A stretch of 64,000 nucleotides of DNA, from NCBI GenBank assembly GCA_963787485.1, contig CAWBDF010000008.1, positions 23,755 through 87,754 of the forward strand, in the 5' to 3' direction. Shown in pieces: positions 30,527 through 38,700 of the stretch. This DNA is from an uncultured Acidimicrobiaceae bacterium. GTDB lineage: Bacteria > Actinomycetota > Acidimicrobiia > Acidimicrobiales > RAAP-2. Both the position numbers and the translations under genes were made by a program. How positions within the stretch are numbered: position 1 is the stretch's first letter; each line of letters begins with the position of its first letter. Under the pieces are notes generated by a model, which saw only the letters and a program-made list of their open reading frames with translations, searched no databases and had not been told where the DNA came from.

Positions 30527-31927
30527 GTGGTGAGCGGGGTCTCCGCCATGCCGGCGTTGCCGATGGAGGGTTCGCTCCCGCCCGACCTGCAGGGGACGTT
30601 CTTTCGCGTGGGCCCGAGTCGGGCAGGTCCCCTCCGGGTGGACACGCGTCCGATGGGGATCGATGATCCGGGGCCACCGGGCGTTGGGGAGGGTGGCGCC
30701 TTGCACGCCGTCGAGCTGCGCGACGGGCGCGCCGTCTCGTACGTACGGGTGGACACGGACGCTGACGCCGGGGTGTTCTGGCATGCGGGCGCCCTCCTGG
30801 CCCTTTCGGAGACTGGAATTCCCTCACGCTGGACGCGGTTCTTGGAGCCCCAGGAGTTCACCGGCGACCTCAGGGTCCCGATCGCCTCGCACGTGCACCG
30901 GGTGGCAGCTGACGGCACGCGGGTGCTCTTCGCCGTCGACGACCCGGAGTCGGGCACCCGGCCGGACCGTACCTCCGACCTCGAAACGCGCACCGACGAG
31001 GGCGTCGTGCTGCGCGTCGGAGAATGGGACGGGAGCGGTGCGTTGCGCAGCGTCCAGTCGGTCCCGCTCGAGCGGGCGACGTGGCAGCACGACATCGGCG
31101 TCACCGCGGAGCACGTGGTGTTCGTGGAGTCGCCCACGCGGCGCCTCACCGACGCGGTCGGCAGCTCGTTACCCGTGCCCTACGGTTGGACGCCGGGGGC
31201 CGACGGATGGATCGGCGTCGTCCGGCGGGGTGGCGAGGGCTCCGAGGTGGGGTGGACCCGCGTCGACCCGTGCCTGGTGACGCATGTCCTCGGCGCGGTC
31301 GACCTCGGAGCGGGCGATCTCGAGGTCTACGTGTGCCGCTACGACGCGCCGGCCGAGGGACCGCTCGTCGGGACCACCCCCGTCGTGGGCCCCGAGGGTA
31401 TCGGGCTGTCGCCCATCGGTGGCGGCCTGGGCGTCCTCGAGTGCTGGCGCCTTACCGGGGGCACACTGCTGCGGACGCAGATGGACGAGCGGTTCGTCGA
31501 GTATCCACGCCTCGACCCGCACTGTGAGGGTAAGGCCTTCCGCTACGGCTACTGCGTCGAGACCAGGTGGACCGGCGAGATCACGTCCACCAGGGGCGTC
31601 GGCGCCGCGTTCGCCCCCGCGGGCTCGGAGGTGACAGCGGCCGGGCTGTTGAAGTTCGACCTACGCAGGGACGAGGTCGCGGCCTGGAGCCCGGGTCCGG
31701 GACGCGGGCCCAGCGAGCCTGTCTTCGTGCGCGCCGTCGACGGGCACGAAGACGACGAAGGCTGGTTGCTCACCGTCGTCGACGACCACAACCGGGGAGC
31801 CAGCGACCTCTACGTGCTCGACGCGTCCGCTCTGGGACGCCGATCTGCCGAGGCGGTGATCCACCTTCCCGAGCGACTGCCGTTCCGCAGCCACGGCGAA
31901 TGGGTGCCCGCCGACCAGTACCGCTGA
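30527..31927 (+). CDS. carotenoid/apocarotenoid cleavage oxygenase (RPE65/CCD family)
   Basis: 466 aa: LPPDLQGTFFRVGP near the N-terminus, HDIGVTAEHVVFVESP, and C-terminal LPERLPFRSHGEWVP. Start uncertain: GTG 30527 or ATG 30548. Confidence 0.82.
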   Translation: MVSGVSAMPALPMEGSLPPDLQGTFFRVGPSRAGPLRVDTRPMGIDDPGPPGVGEGGALHAVELRDGRAVSYVRVDTDADAGVFWHAGALLALSETGIPSRWTRFLEPQEFTGDLRVPIASHVHRVAADGTRVLFAVDDPESGTRPDRTSDLETRTDEGVVLRVGEWDGSGALRSVQSVPLERATWQHDIGVTAEHVVFVESPTRRLTDAVGSSLPVPYGWTPGADGWIGVVRRGGEGSEVGWTRVDPCLVTHVLGAVDLGAGDLEVYVCRYDAPAEGPLVGTTPVVGPEGIGLSPIGGGLGVLECWRLTGGTLLRTQMDERFVEYPRLDPHCEGKAFRYGYCVETRWTGEITSTRGVGAAFAPAGSEVTAAGLLKFDLRRDEVAAWSPGPGRGPSEPVFVRAVDGHEDDEGWLLTVVDDHNRGASDLYVLDASALGRRSAEAVIHLPERLPFRSHGEWVPADQYR

Positions 31928-31995
31928 CGAGCCCGTCCGAGGGGGTCCAGAGATCCACGCGCATCGGCGCGGCACGGCGACCGTTCCGTCTCTGC

Positions 31996-33456
31996 ATGTC
32001 ACCGACCACCCTGCGAGACGGGCTCAGACCGCCTTCCGTGTCCCGACGGACGGACGCCCTCGTGACGAGCGTGACCCAACACCATCGCTCCATCTCCGCC
32101 CACCAGAGCCAGCTGCTGGCCGCCGTCGCCGAGCTCGACAGGCGCAGAGCATGGCGTGTGGACGGCGCCACCTCAATGGTGGCGTGGCTCGTCCAGCGCT
32201 GCGCCGTCAGTGCGGCCACCGCCCGAGAGTGGGTCACGGCAGCGACGAGGCTGCCCGCGTTACCGGAAATCTCCAAGGCGCTCTCGAAGGGAAGGCTGTC
32301 GTTCGACCAGGTAAGACCCCTGGTTGAGGTGGCTCGACCAGAGACCGACGCCGCATTGGCCGAACAGGCGACCCACTGGTCGGCCAAGCAGGTGCGGGAG
32401 CTGGCATTGGCGGCCCGCAAGGAGTCGGACGAGCGGGCGGCCGGCTCGTACGCCAGGCGGTTCGTGCGCTTTGACGATCGCCGACGGAGCTTTGCCGGGG
32501 TGCTGCCCGACGACCACTACGCCGTGGTGAAGGCCTCGCTGGTGACCCGGGCCAGTCGTCGCCTGAGAGACGGCACACCTTTTGACCAGCGCATGGCCGA
32601 CGCCTTGGTCGAAGTCTGCCGGGCCGACGCGTCGGAGGTCACCGGCGCTTCAGGTGATCGCCGCGCTGGAGGCCCCCGGCGGATCCGGCCCACCGTGGTC
32701 GTGCACGCCGATCTGACCTTCCTGGCCGGCGGTGACGGCGGGGCAGAGATCGACGTGCTGGGGCCAGTGGCCCGAGAGGTGGCCCGGCGTCTGGCCTGCG
32801 ACGCCAAGGTGCTGGTCAGCGCCGACGATCCGACCGGGCAGAGCCTCAACCTGGGCCGCAGCAAACGCGGACCCACCGATCTCCAACGCATCGCCATCAG
32901 GCGGCGCGACAAGGGTTGCCGATTCCCGGGGTGCACGCACACCGAATTCACCGATGTCCACCACGTCCGGCACTGGGTGGACGACGGAACGACTGACCTG
33001 TCCAACCTCGTCGAACTCTGCGACCAGCATCACCGTTGCGTCCACGAGATGGGCTGGACGATGTCGGGCGACGCCAGCGTGGAGTTGACCTTCCAGAGCC
33101 CGGCTGGACGTCGCTCCACGTCGACGCCTTCGCCCACGTTCAACTCGAGCGCGAGACGGACCGCCTGGTTGATGGCGTCGTGGAGGACCACGTTGTCTGC
33201 TCGGTTGGGCACGCGTACGCGCACCATTGCTGGCCCCTCGGTCCCCAACGCCGCTTCGAGCTCCGAAATGGACCACACGTCAGCCACGGCCAGTCCAAAC
33301 CCGCGCGCGACCGCGGCCACATCGCTCGTCGGTGGCGTCCCGAACAGCCGTTCGAAGGTCTCGTTCGCCACGGAAGTGGCTTGCGGGAGGAACGAGAAGA
33401 TCCCTCCCCCCCGTTGTCCACGACGACGAAGATGCATGGCAATTGAGGGAGATTGA
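31996..33456 (+). CDS. DUF222 / HNH endonuclease (REP13E12-type) protein; the region beyond about 33111 is antisense to menD
   Basis: From ATG 31996: ..HQSQLLAAVAELDRRRAWRVDGATSMVAWLVQRCAVS..LPALPEISKALSKGRLSFDQV.. (DUF222), then DKGCRFPGCTHTEFTDVHHVRHWVDDGTTDLSNLVELCDQHHRCVHEMGW (HNH). The first in-frame stop is at 33454-33456. Confidence 0.8.
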   Translation: MSPTTLRDGLRPPSVSRRTDALVTSVTQHHRSISAHQSQLLAAVAELDRRRAWRVDGATSMVAWLVQRCAVSAATAREWVTAATRLPALPEISKALSKGRLSFDQVRPLVEVARPETDAALAEQATHWSAKQVRELALAARKESDERAAGSYARRFVRFDDRRRSFAGVLPDDHYAVVKASLVTRASRRLRDGTPFDQRMADALVEVCRADASEVTGASGDRRAGGPRRIRPTVVVHADLTFLAGGDGGAEIDVLGPVAREVARRLACDAKVLVSADDPTGQSLNLGRSKRGPTDLQRIAIRRRDKGCRFPGCTHTEFTDVHHVRHWVDDGTTDLSNLVELCDQHHRCVHEMGWTMSGDASVELTFQSPAGRRSTSTPSPTFNSSARRTAWLMASWRTTLSARLGTRTRTIAGPSVPNAASSSEMDHTSATASPNPRATAATSLVGGVPNSRSKVSFATEVACGRNEKIPPPRCPRRRRCMAIEGD

Positions 33457-34822
33457 CCAGTCCCGACACGTCGTGGAGGAAGGCTAAGTCTCCGAGCAGC
33501 GCCAGCGTCGGGATGGCTGGCTCCGCCGCGGCGACGCCGAGGGCCGTCGAGACGACACCGTCAATGCCGTTGACCCCACGATTGGCCAGCACCCGGGGGG
33601 GACGGCGCTCGGCTGCGGCGTACCACTCCAGGTCCCGCAGCGGCATGGACGCGGACACCACCAGGTTGGCCGTGTGTGCGGCGGCCCAACGGTGTACGAG
33701 GCGCGCCGCGCTCGGTTCGCTGAGGTCGCTTCCGAGCACGCCGGCAATGGCGCGTTGCGCCCGTTCCTCCATGGCGTGCCAAGAGCGCAGCCACTCGCCG
33801 TCACAGGGTGACGCACCGTCGGTGGCCACGCGGAGCCAGGTGTCCACGTCGCAGTGGTGGAACTCGGTGGCCACCCGGTTCGGGTCGGGCCAGCGATGCC
33901 AGGGGTCGACGACGATCACCCGTGCGCCCGCCCGGGCAGCCTCCCCGATGTAGGCGCCCAACGCCCTCGAGAGCCATGGCGCACCGAGCAGCACCACGGT
34001 CTCGGGCAGTGGTGGGCGGGCGCGCACGATCGCGTCCGCGGCGGCGACGGTCCCTTCCACCCGGCTCCCCGAGCGGGGATCGGCCATCACGGGCCATCCG
34101 AGTCGCTCGGCCAGCGCCAGGACACGCCCTGGGTCGGGAGGCCGCGGGGCCAGGCCGCCGACGACGATTGCCCCCCGGCCTCCGAGAGCCGGGAAATCCG
34201 GCGTGATGGTGGCCCCCGCGGCAAGCCCGGCCAGGGCGGAGACGCCTCTGGCGACCCGGGGTCCCGGTCGGTCGGGAAGCGGCGTGGGTGACCCCTCGAG
34301 CGGTTCGCGGAATGCCAGGTTGAGATGAACCGGTCCGGGTCCCGTTGGGCCGACTTGCGCTGCGGAGAAGGCACGAACGGCCAGGGGCCTCCAGGTGGAC
34401 TCCTGTGCCTCCTCCGGGACCCCCGGGGCCACCGCCCATCGAACCACGGAGGCGAACAGCCCGACCTGTTCGATCGTCTGGGACGCACCCGTGTCGTGCA
34501 GCTCGGGTGGACGATCGGCCGTGCACACGATGAGCGGTACTCCCGCGTGGGAGGCCTCGACGACCGACGGAAGAAGCTCCGCCGCCGCCGTTCCGCTGGT
34601 CACGCAGACCACGACCGGACGCCCGCTCGCCATGGCCAAGCCCAGGGCGAAGAATCCCGCACTGCGTTCGTCGAGCCGGACATGGATCCTTAGTTGCTCG
34701 GCTGCGGCGAGCGCCAGAGCCAGCGGAGTCGAGCGGGATCCGGGGCACACGACGGCGTCGGCCACGCCCAGGCGCGACCACTCGTCGACCAGGGTGGCGC
34801 TGAACGTGGCCTGTACGCTCAC
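33030..34822 (-). CDS. menD: 2-succinyl-5-enolpyruvyl-6-hydroxy-3-cyclohexene-1-carboxylate synthase (MenD), frame interrupted by a 1-nt deletion in a homopolymer at 33406-33412
   Basis: Frame of ORF 33140-34822 (MSVQATFSATLVDEWSRLGV..CPGSRSTPLA..GTAAAEL..VVVDNGG) continues in frame of ORF 33030-33437 (GGGIFSFLPQ..FERLFGTP..VARGFG..VRVRV). The junction is aacGGGGGGGaggg; 8 G would give DNGGGGIF. Confidence 0.88.
34814..34819 (+). promoter_or_regulatory. candidate -10 hexamer TACGCT, 8 nt upstream of the menH GTG; lies inside the first codons of menD
   Basis: Plus strand reads ctgTACGCTcacgccccGTG. The cac at 34820-34822 is the menD GTG start on the other strand. Confidence 0.35.
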
Positions 34823-34827
34823 GCCCC

Positions 34828-35637
34828 GTGCCGCTCCACGTCGAAGTACGGGGGTCCGGTCCGCCCCTGGTGATGCTGCACGGCTTCACGCAGACGGGGC
34901 GCCTGTGGGGCCGATTCGAGGACCTTCTCCGTACGCAGCGCACAGTGGTGGCCGTCGACCTCCCGGGCCACGGCGGGTCCGGCGCCGTTCGGGCCGACTT
35001 GCCGACGACCGCGTCGCTCGTGGAGCGTGCGGTGCAGGAGGCAGTGGGCACTGGCACGCCCTGTGACGTGCTCGGGTACTCGCTCGGTGCGCGAACGGCG
35101 CTCAATGTGGCCACGGGAACCGAGCTCCTCATCGGGCACCTGGTGCTGATCGGAGCCTCGGGCGGCATCGCTGACCCGACGGAGCGAGCACGGCGTCGCC
35201 GGTCCGACGAGGCCCTCGCTGATCAGCTCGAGGCTTCTGGCGACGTGGAGTCCTTCGTACGGTCCTGGCTTCGCCAGCCGATGTTCGAGCGGCTCACCTC
35301 GGTCGGCGCTTCGGAGGTCACAGAGCGCCTTCGCAACACTGCGGCCGGGCTCGCCTCGAGCCTTCGCCTGGCCGGCGCGGGAGCCCAGGAGCCGATGTGG
35401 GACCGGCTGCCGTTTCTCGCCTGCCCGCTCCTGGCCGTGGCTGGAACGGACGATGCGCGCTTCGCAGCGCATGCCGTGCGGCTGAGCCAGATCGTGCCGC
35501 ACGGTGTCGCCTCTCTCGTCCCCGGGGGCGGCCACGCCGTCCACCTGGCCCAGCCCGGTCAGGCGGCACGGCTGACGCTTCATTGGCTCGACACCGTACC
35601 GACCTCCAATCGAGTCACAGCAGCACGCCAACCGTGA
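34828..35637 (+). CDS. menH: 2-succinyl-6-hydroxy-2,4-cyclohexadiene-1-carboxylate synthase (alpha/beta hydrolase)
   Basis: 269 aa: GSGPPLVMLHGFTQTG..VLGYSLGARTAL (nucleophile elbow GxSxG)..GGGHAVHL. Adjacent to menD. Confidence 0.8.
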   Translation: MPLHVEVRGSGPPLVMLHGFTQTGRLWGRFEDLLRTQRTVVAVDLPGHGGSGAVRADLPTTASLVERAVQEAVGTGTPCDVLGYSLGARTALNVATGTELLIGHLVLIGASGGIADPTERARRRRSDEALADQLEASGDVESFVRSWLRQPMFERLTSVGASEVTERLRNTAAGLASSLRLAGAGAQEPMWDRLPFLACPLLAVAGTDDARFAAHAVRLSQIVPHGVASLVPGGGHAVHLAQPGQAARLTLHWLDTVPTSNRVTAARQP

Positions 35638-36592
35638 GCAGGACCCCCATCACCAAGTGCAGGCGAGCAGTGGCACCGAGCATGGGCAGGAGCGCGCGAC
35701 CTTCTTGGGGTCCGAGCGCCAGCCGTACCGGCGCGACCGCCAGTGGGAGGGCAGCGAGCGCCAACAGCGCGCCCCTCCGGTAGCTGGACAGCACCACGAT
35801 GGCGAGCGCCGCAGCCACCAGGACGGCCAGATAGAAGCGACCCGCAGCCACTCGCCCGAGGCGAGTGGCCAACGTCTTCTTCTTCGCCTCCCGGTCGGTG
35901 GCGATGTCCCGGAGGTTGTTGGCTTGGAGGAGCGCTGTTGCCAGCAGTCCGACCGGGACGCCGGCCCAGAGGGCGAAGGCCCAGTCGAAGCCGTACGACC
36001 ACGCGTGCCCGGCCAAAATGACCGAGAAGGGGGCGTGTTGCACGTACGCCGAGCCAGCCGTGGCCACCAGACCGAAGAACACGAACACGAAGATCTCCCC
36101 GAAACCGAGGTAGCCATATGGGTGAGGCCCTCCGGTGTACGCCCATCCGGCCAGCACACAGATGAGCCCCAGAGGCAGAAACCACCAGGTCACCCTGGCC
36201 GCGAGCGCCAGCCCGGCCAATCCCGCCACGGCGAAGGCCACCGACGCCGCCAACCTGACTTGACCGACGGTGGCGAGCCCCTGGCCGACGAGCCGGACCG
36301 GCCCGACTCGTCGAACGTCGGTGCCGCGCGCTCCGTCCGCGTAATCGTTCACGTAGTTGGTCCCGACCTGGATACCCAGGGCGACAACCAGCGCCAACAC
36401 CGCGTTGAGCCAAGACAGGTGACGGGCGAACGCGACACACTCTCCGGCAGGGCATGAGGCCGAGGTCGTCGAGATGAAGAGCCGTCCACTCGAGAGGTAA
36501 CCAACCGCAGTCCCGACCGCGACCGGGACGACCGCGGCGGGAAGTGTGCGTGGGCGCGCACCCGCGACCCACACCTTGAGCGGCGGGCTCAC
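35615..36592 (-). CDS. menA: 1,4-dihydroxy-2-naphthoate polyprenyltransferase
   Basis: 325 aa polytopic membrane protein: [28 protein letters not shown] (UbiA NDxxD motif)..[20 protein letters not shown] overlap with the menB stop. Confidence 0.9.
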   Translation of the reverse strand: MSPPLKVWVAGARPRTLPAAVVPVAVGTAVGYLSSGRLFISTTSASCPAGECVAFARHLSWLNAVLALVVALGIQVGTNYVNDYADGARGTDVRRVGPVRLVGQGLATVGQVRLAASVAFAVAGLAGLALAARVTWWFLPLGLICVLAGWAYTGGPHPYGYLGFGEIFVFVFFGLVATAGSAYVQHAPFSVILAGHAWSYGFDWAFALWAGVPVGLLATALLQANNLRDIATDREAKKKTLATRLGRVAAGRFYLAVLVAAALAIVVLSSYRRGALLALAALPLAVAPVRLALGPQEGRALLPMLGATARLHLVMGVLLTVGVLL

Positions 36593-37479
36593 GGGCGACG
36601 GGGAAAGCGAGAGAAGTCAGGTGGTCGGTGCTCGACGAAGGCGTTTCGTCCTTCTTGTCCCTCTTCGGTCATGTAGAAGAGCATGGTCGCATCCCCCGCG
36701 AGCTGTTGGACGCCCGCCAGGCCGTCGTCGGCTGCGTTCATGCCCGCCTTGATCATGCGCAGCGCGATGGGCGACAAGGTCAGCATCTGGCGACACCACG
36801 CGACCGTCTCGCGCTCGAGCTCGTCGAGGGGGACGACGGCGTTCACCAGTCCCCACTCGAGGGCCTGTCGCGCGTCGTACTGCCGGCACAAGAACCACAC
36901 TTCTTTGGCCCGTTTCAGACCGATGGTCCGAGCCAGGATCGACGATCCGAATCCCCCGTCGAAGCTCCCGACCTTCGGCCCCGTCTGACCGAACCTCGCA
37001 TTGTCGGCCGCGATGGACAGGTCACAAACCAGGTGGAGGATGTGGCCACCACCGATGGCGTAGCCGGCGATCATGGCCACGATGGGCTTGGGTAGGCGAC
37101 GTATGAGCACTTGCAGGTCCAACACGTTGAGACGACCAATACCCCTCTGGGCCACCGCGTCGTCGCCGATGTAGCCGTCGTCGCCTCGGATCTTCTGATC
37201 GCCGCCCGAACAAAACGCATCGGGTCCCTCGCCGCAGAGGATGATCGCCCCGACATCGGGATCGTCACGGGCCATGGTGAACGCCTCAGTCAGCTCGAAG
37301 AGCGTCTGTGGACGGAAGGCATTTCTCTGCTCGGGACGGCAGATCGTCAGCTTCGCGATCCCCTCCCCGACGTCGTAGCGAATGTCATTGAACGCACCCT
37401 TCGGCTCCCAGACGGGGAGCGGGAGGGCGCGGAGGTCGTCGAGGGGATCGTTTGGTTTGCCGGTGATGACGGTCTGCAC
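36589..37479 (-). CDS. menB: 1,4-dihydroxy-2-naphthoyl-CoA synthase
   Basis: 296 aa crotonase fold: ..[69 protein letters not shown]. Confidence 0.96.
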   Translation of the reverse strand: MQTVITGKPNDPLDDLRALPLPVWEPKGAFNDIRYDVGEGIAKLTICRPEQRNAFRPQTLFELTEAFTMARDDPDVGAIILCGEGPDAFCSGGDQKIRGDDGYIGDDAVAQRGIGRLNVLDLQVLIRRLPKPIVAMIAGYAIGGGHILHLVCDLSIAADNARFGQTGPKVGSFDGGFGSSILARTIGLKRAKEVWFLCRQYDARQALEWGLVNAVVPLDELERETVAWCRQMLTLSPIALRMIKAGMNAADDGLAGVQQLAGDATMLFYMTEEGQEGRNAFVEHRPPDFSRFPRRP

Positions 37480-37486
37480 GGGGCCC

Positions 37487-37493
37487 TACGCTA
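37487..37493. promoter_or_regulatory. overlapping face-to-face -10 elements (TACGCTA) for divergent menB and menE
   Basis: The whole 21-bp intergenic spacer 37480-37500 is ggggcccTACGCTActggccg. The plus strand reads TACGCT-N8-GTG (menE, 37501). The minus strand reads TAGCGT-N8-GTG (menB, 37479). Confidence 0.45.
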
Positions 37494-37500
37494 CTGGCCG

Positions 37501-38676
37501 GTGCCCGAACTCGTCGCACTTGACCTCCCTGGTGGGAGGGGGTTTGTCGATGCACTCCGAGCGGTGTGGGACACCGGAGACGCGGCGGCGGTGCTCGACG
37601 CCCGCCTTCCCGACCCGGCACGTCAAGGCATCCTCCGCTCCCTCCGGCCGACCCGGATCGTCGGCCCCGACGGCGAACACCACGCCCTGCGGGACGGTGT
37701 CGGAGTCGAAGAAGGCGACGCCCTCGTCGTGATGACGTCGGGCACCTCGGACCACCCCAAGGGGGTGGTGCTCACTCACGACGCGATCATCGCCTCCGCT
37801 CGGGCGACGACCAGCCGGCTCGGTGTCGACCCCGATCGGCACACTTGGCTCGCCTGCCTTCCGTTGGCGCACATCGGAGGGCTCTCCGTCGTGACGCGCG
37901 CGCTGATCTCCGGCACCCCTCTCGTGGTGACCGCGGGCTTCGAATCCGAGCGTGCCGAGACACTGGGCCGCTCCGGGGCGGTGACGCACGTCTCGCTGGT
38001 CGCCACCGCCCTCGGGCGAATCGATCCGTCGGTCTTCACGCTCGTGCTCCTCGGTGGCGGACGGCCCCCCGATTCGCTTCCTCCAAACGCCGTCACCACG
38101 TACGGACTGACCGAGACCGGCTCGGGCCTGGTCTACGACGGCCTCCCGCTCTCCGGAGTGGAGCTCGCCTTGCGACCCTTCGATCCATCCACCGGAAACC
38201 CCGCCGACACCGGCGCTGCCGAGATCCTCGTCCGGGCACCGATGCTGTTTCGCGGCTACCGGGACGGGTCCAACAGTCGGGTGCAGGGTCCCGACGGAGG
38301 CACTGACTGGTTCGCCACCGGAGACGCCGGGCGGCTGGACGACCAGGGCCGCCTCTCGGTGTTTGGTCGTATCGCCGATGTCATCAACACTGGAGCCGAG
38401 AAGGTCTGGCCGGACATGGTCGAGCGGGTACTCCTGACGCACCCCGACATCGCCGACGTCGCCGTCTGGAAGCGGGCCGATCCTGAATGGGGCGAGCGCG
38501 TCGTTGCCTGGGTCGTCGCGGCCGACGGCGTGCCCAACCTCGAAGACCTCAGGCGGATGACGTCCGAGGCCATCGCCCCCTGGGCTGCTCCGAAGGAGCT
38601 CGTCATCGTCACCGGCCTCCCCAGGACGACCGGTGGCAAGATCCGGCGCCATGCGCTCGAGGCGATGACCTCGTGA
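37501..38676 (+). CDS. menE: o-succinylbenzoate-CoA ligase
   Basis: In-frame part of track ORF 37111-38676, from GTG 37501: ..VVMTSGTSDHPKGVVLTH (AMP-binding P-loop)..YGLTETGSG..GDAGRLD..GRIADVINTGAEKVWP..RTTGGKIRR. Confidence 0.85.
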   Translation: MPELVALDLPGGRGFVDALRAVWDTGDAAAVLDARLPDPARQGILRSLRPTRIVGPDGEHHALRDGVGVEEGDALVVMTSGTSDHPKGVVLTHDAIIASARATTSRLGVDPDRHTWLACLPLAHIGGLSVVTRALISGTPLVVTAGFESERAETLGRSGAVTHVSLVATALGRIDPSVFTLVLLGGGRPPDSLPPNAVTTYGLTETGSGLVYDGLPLSGVELALRPFDPSTGNPADTGAAEILVRAPMLFRGYRDGSNSRVQGPDGGTDWFATGDAGRLDDQGRLSVFGRIADVINTGAEKVWPDMVERVLLTHPDIADVAVWKRADPEWGERVVAWVVAADGVPNLEDLRRMTSEAIAPWAAPKELVIVTGLPRTTGGKIRRHALEAMTS

Positions 38677-38700
38677 CTGGTGCGCCCTAGCATCCTTGGC

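Noticed and set aside
31567-31995. Upstream 143 codons of the ORF containing the DUF222-HNH gene.
   Set aside because: It overlaps the 3' end of the carotenoid oxygenase gene in another frame and has no DUF222 similarity. The ATG at 31996 gives the expected N-terminus.
31928-33456. Prophage or integrative element around the HNH gene.
   Set aside because: I saw no integrase, transposase, tRNA attachment site or flanking direct or inverted repeats. Only the single DUF222-HNH ORF is present, so I report it as a possible REP13E12-like insertion, not a defined mobile element.
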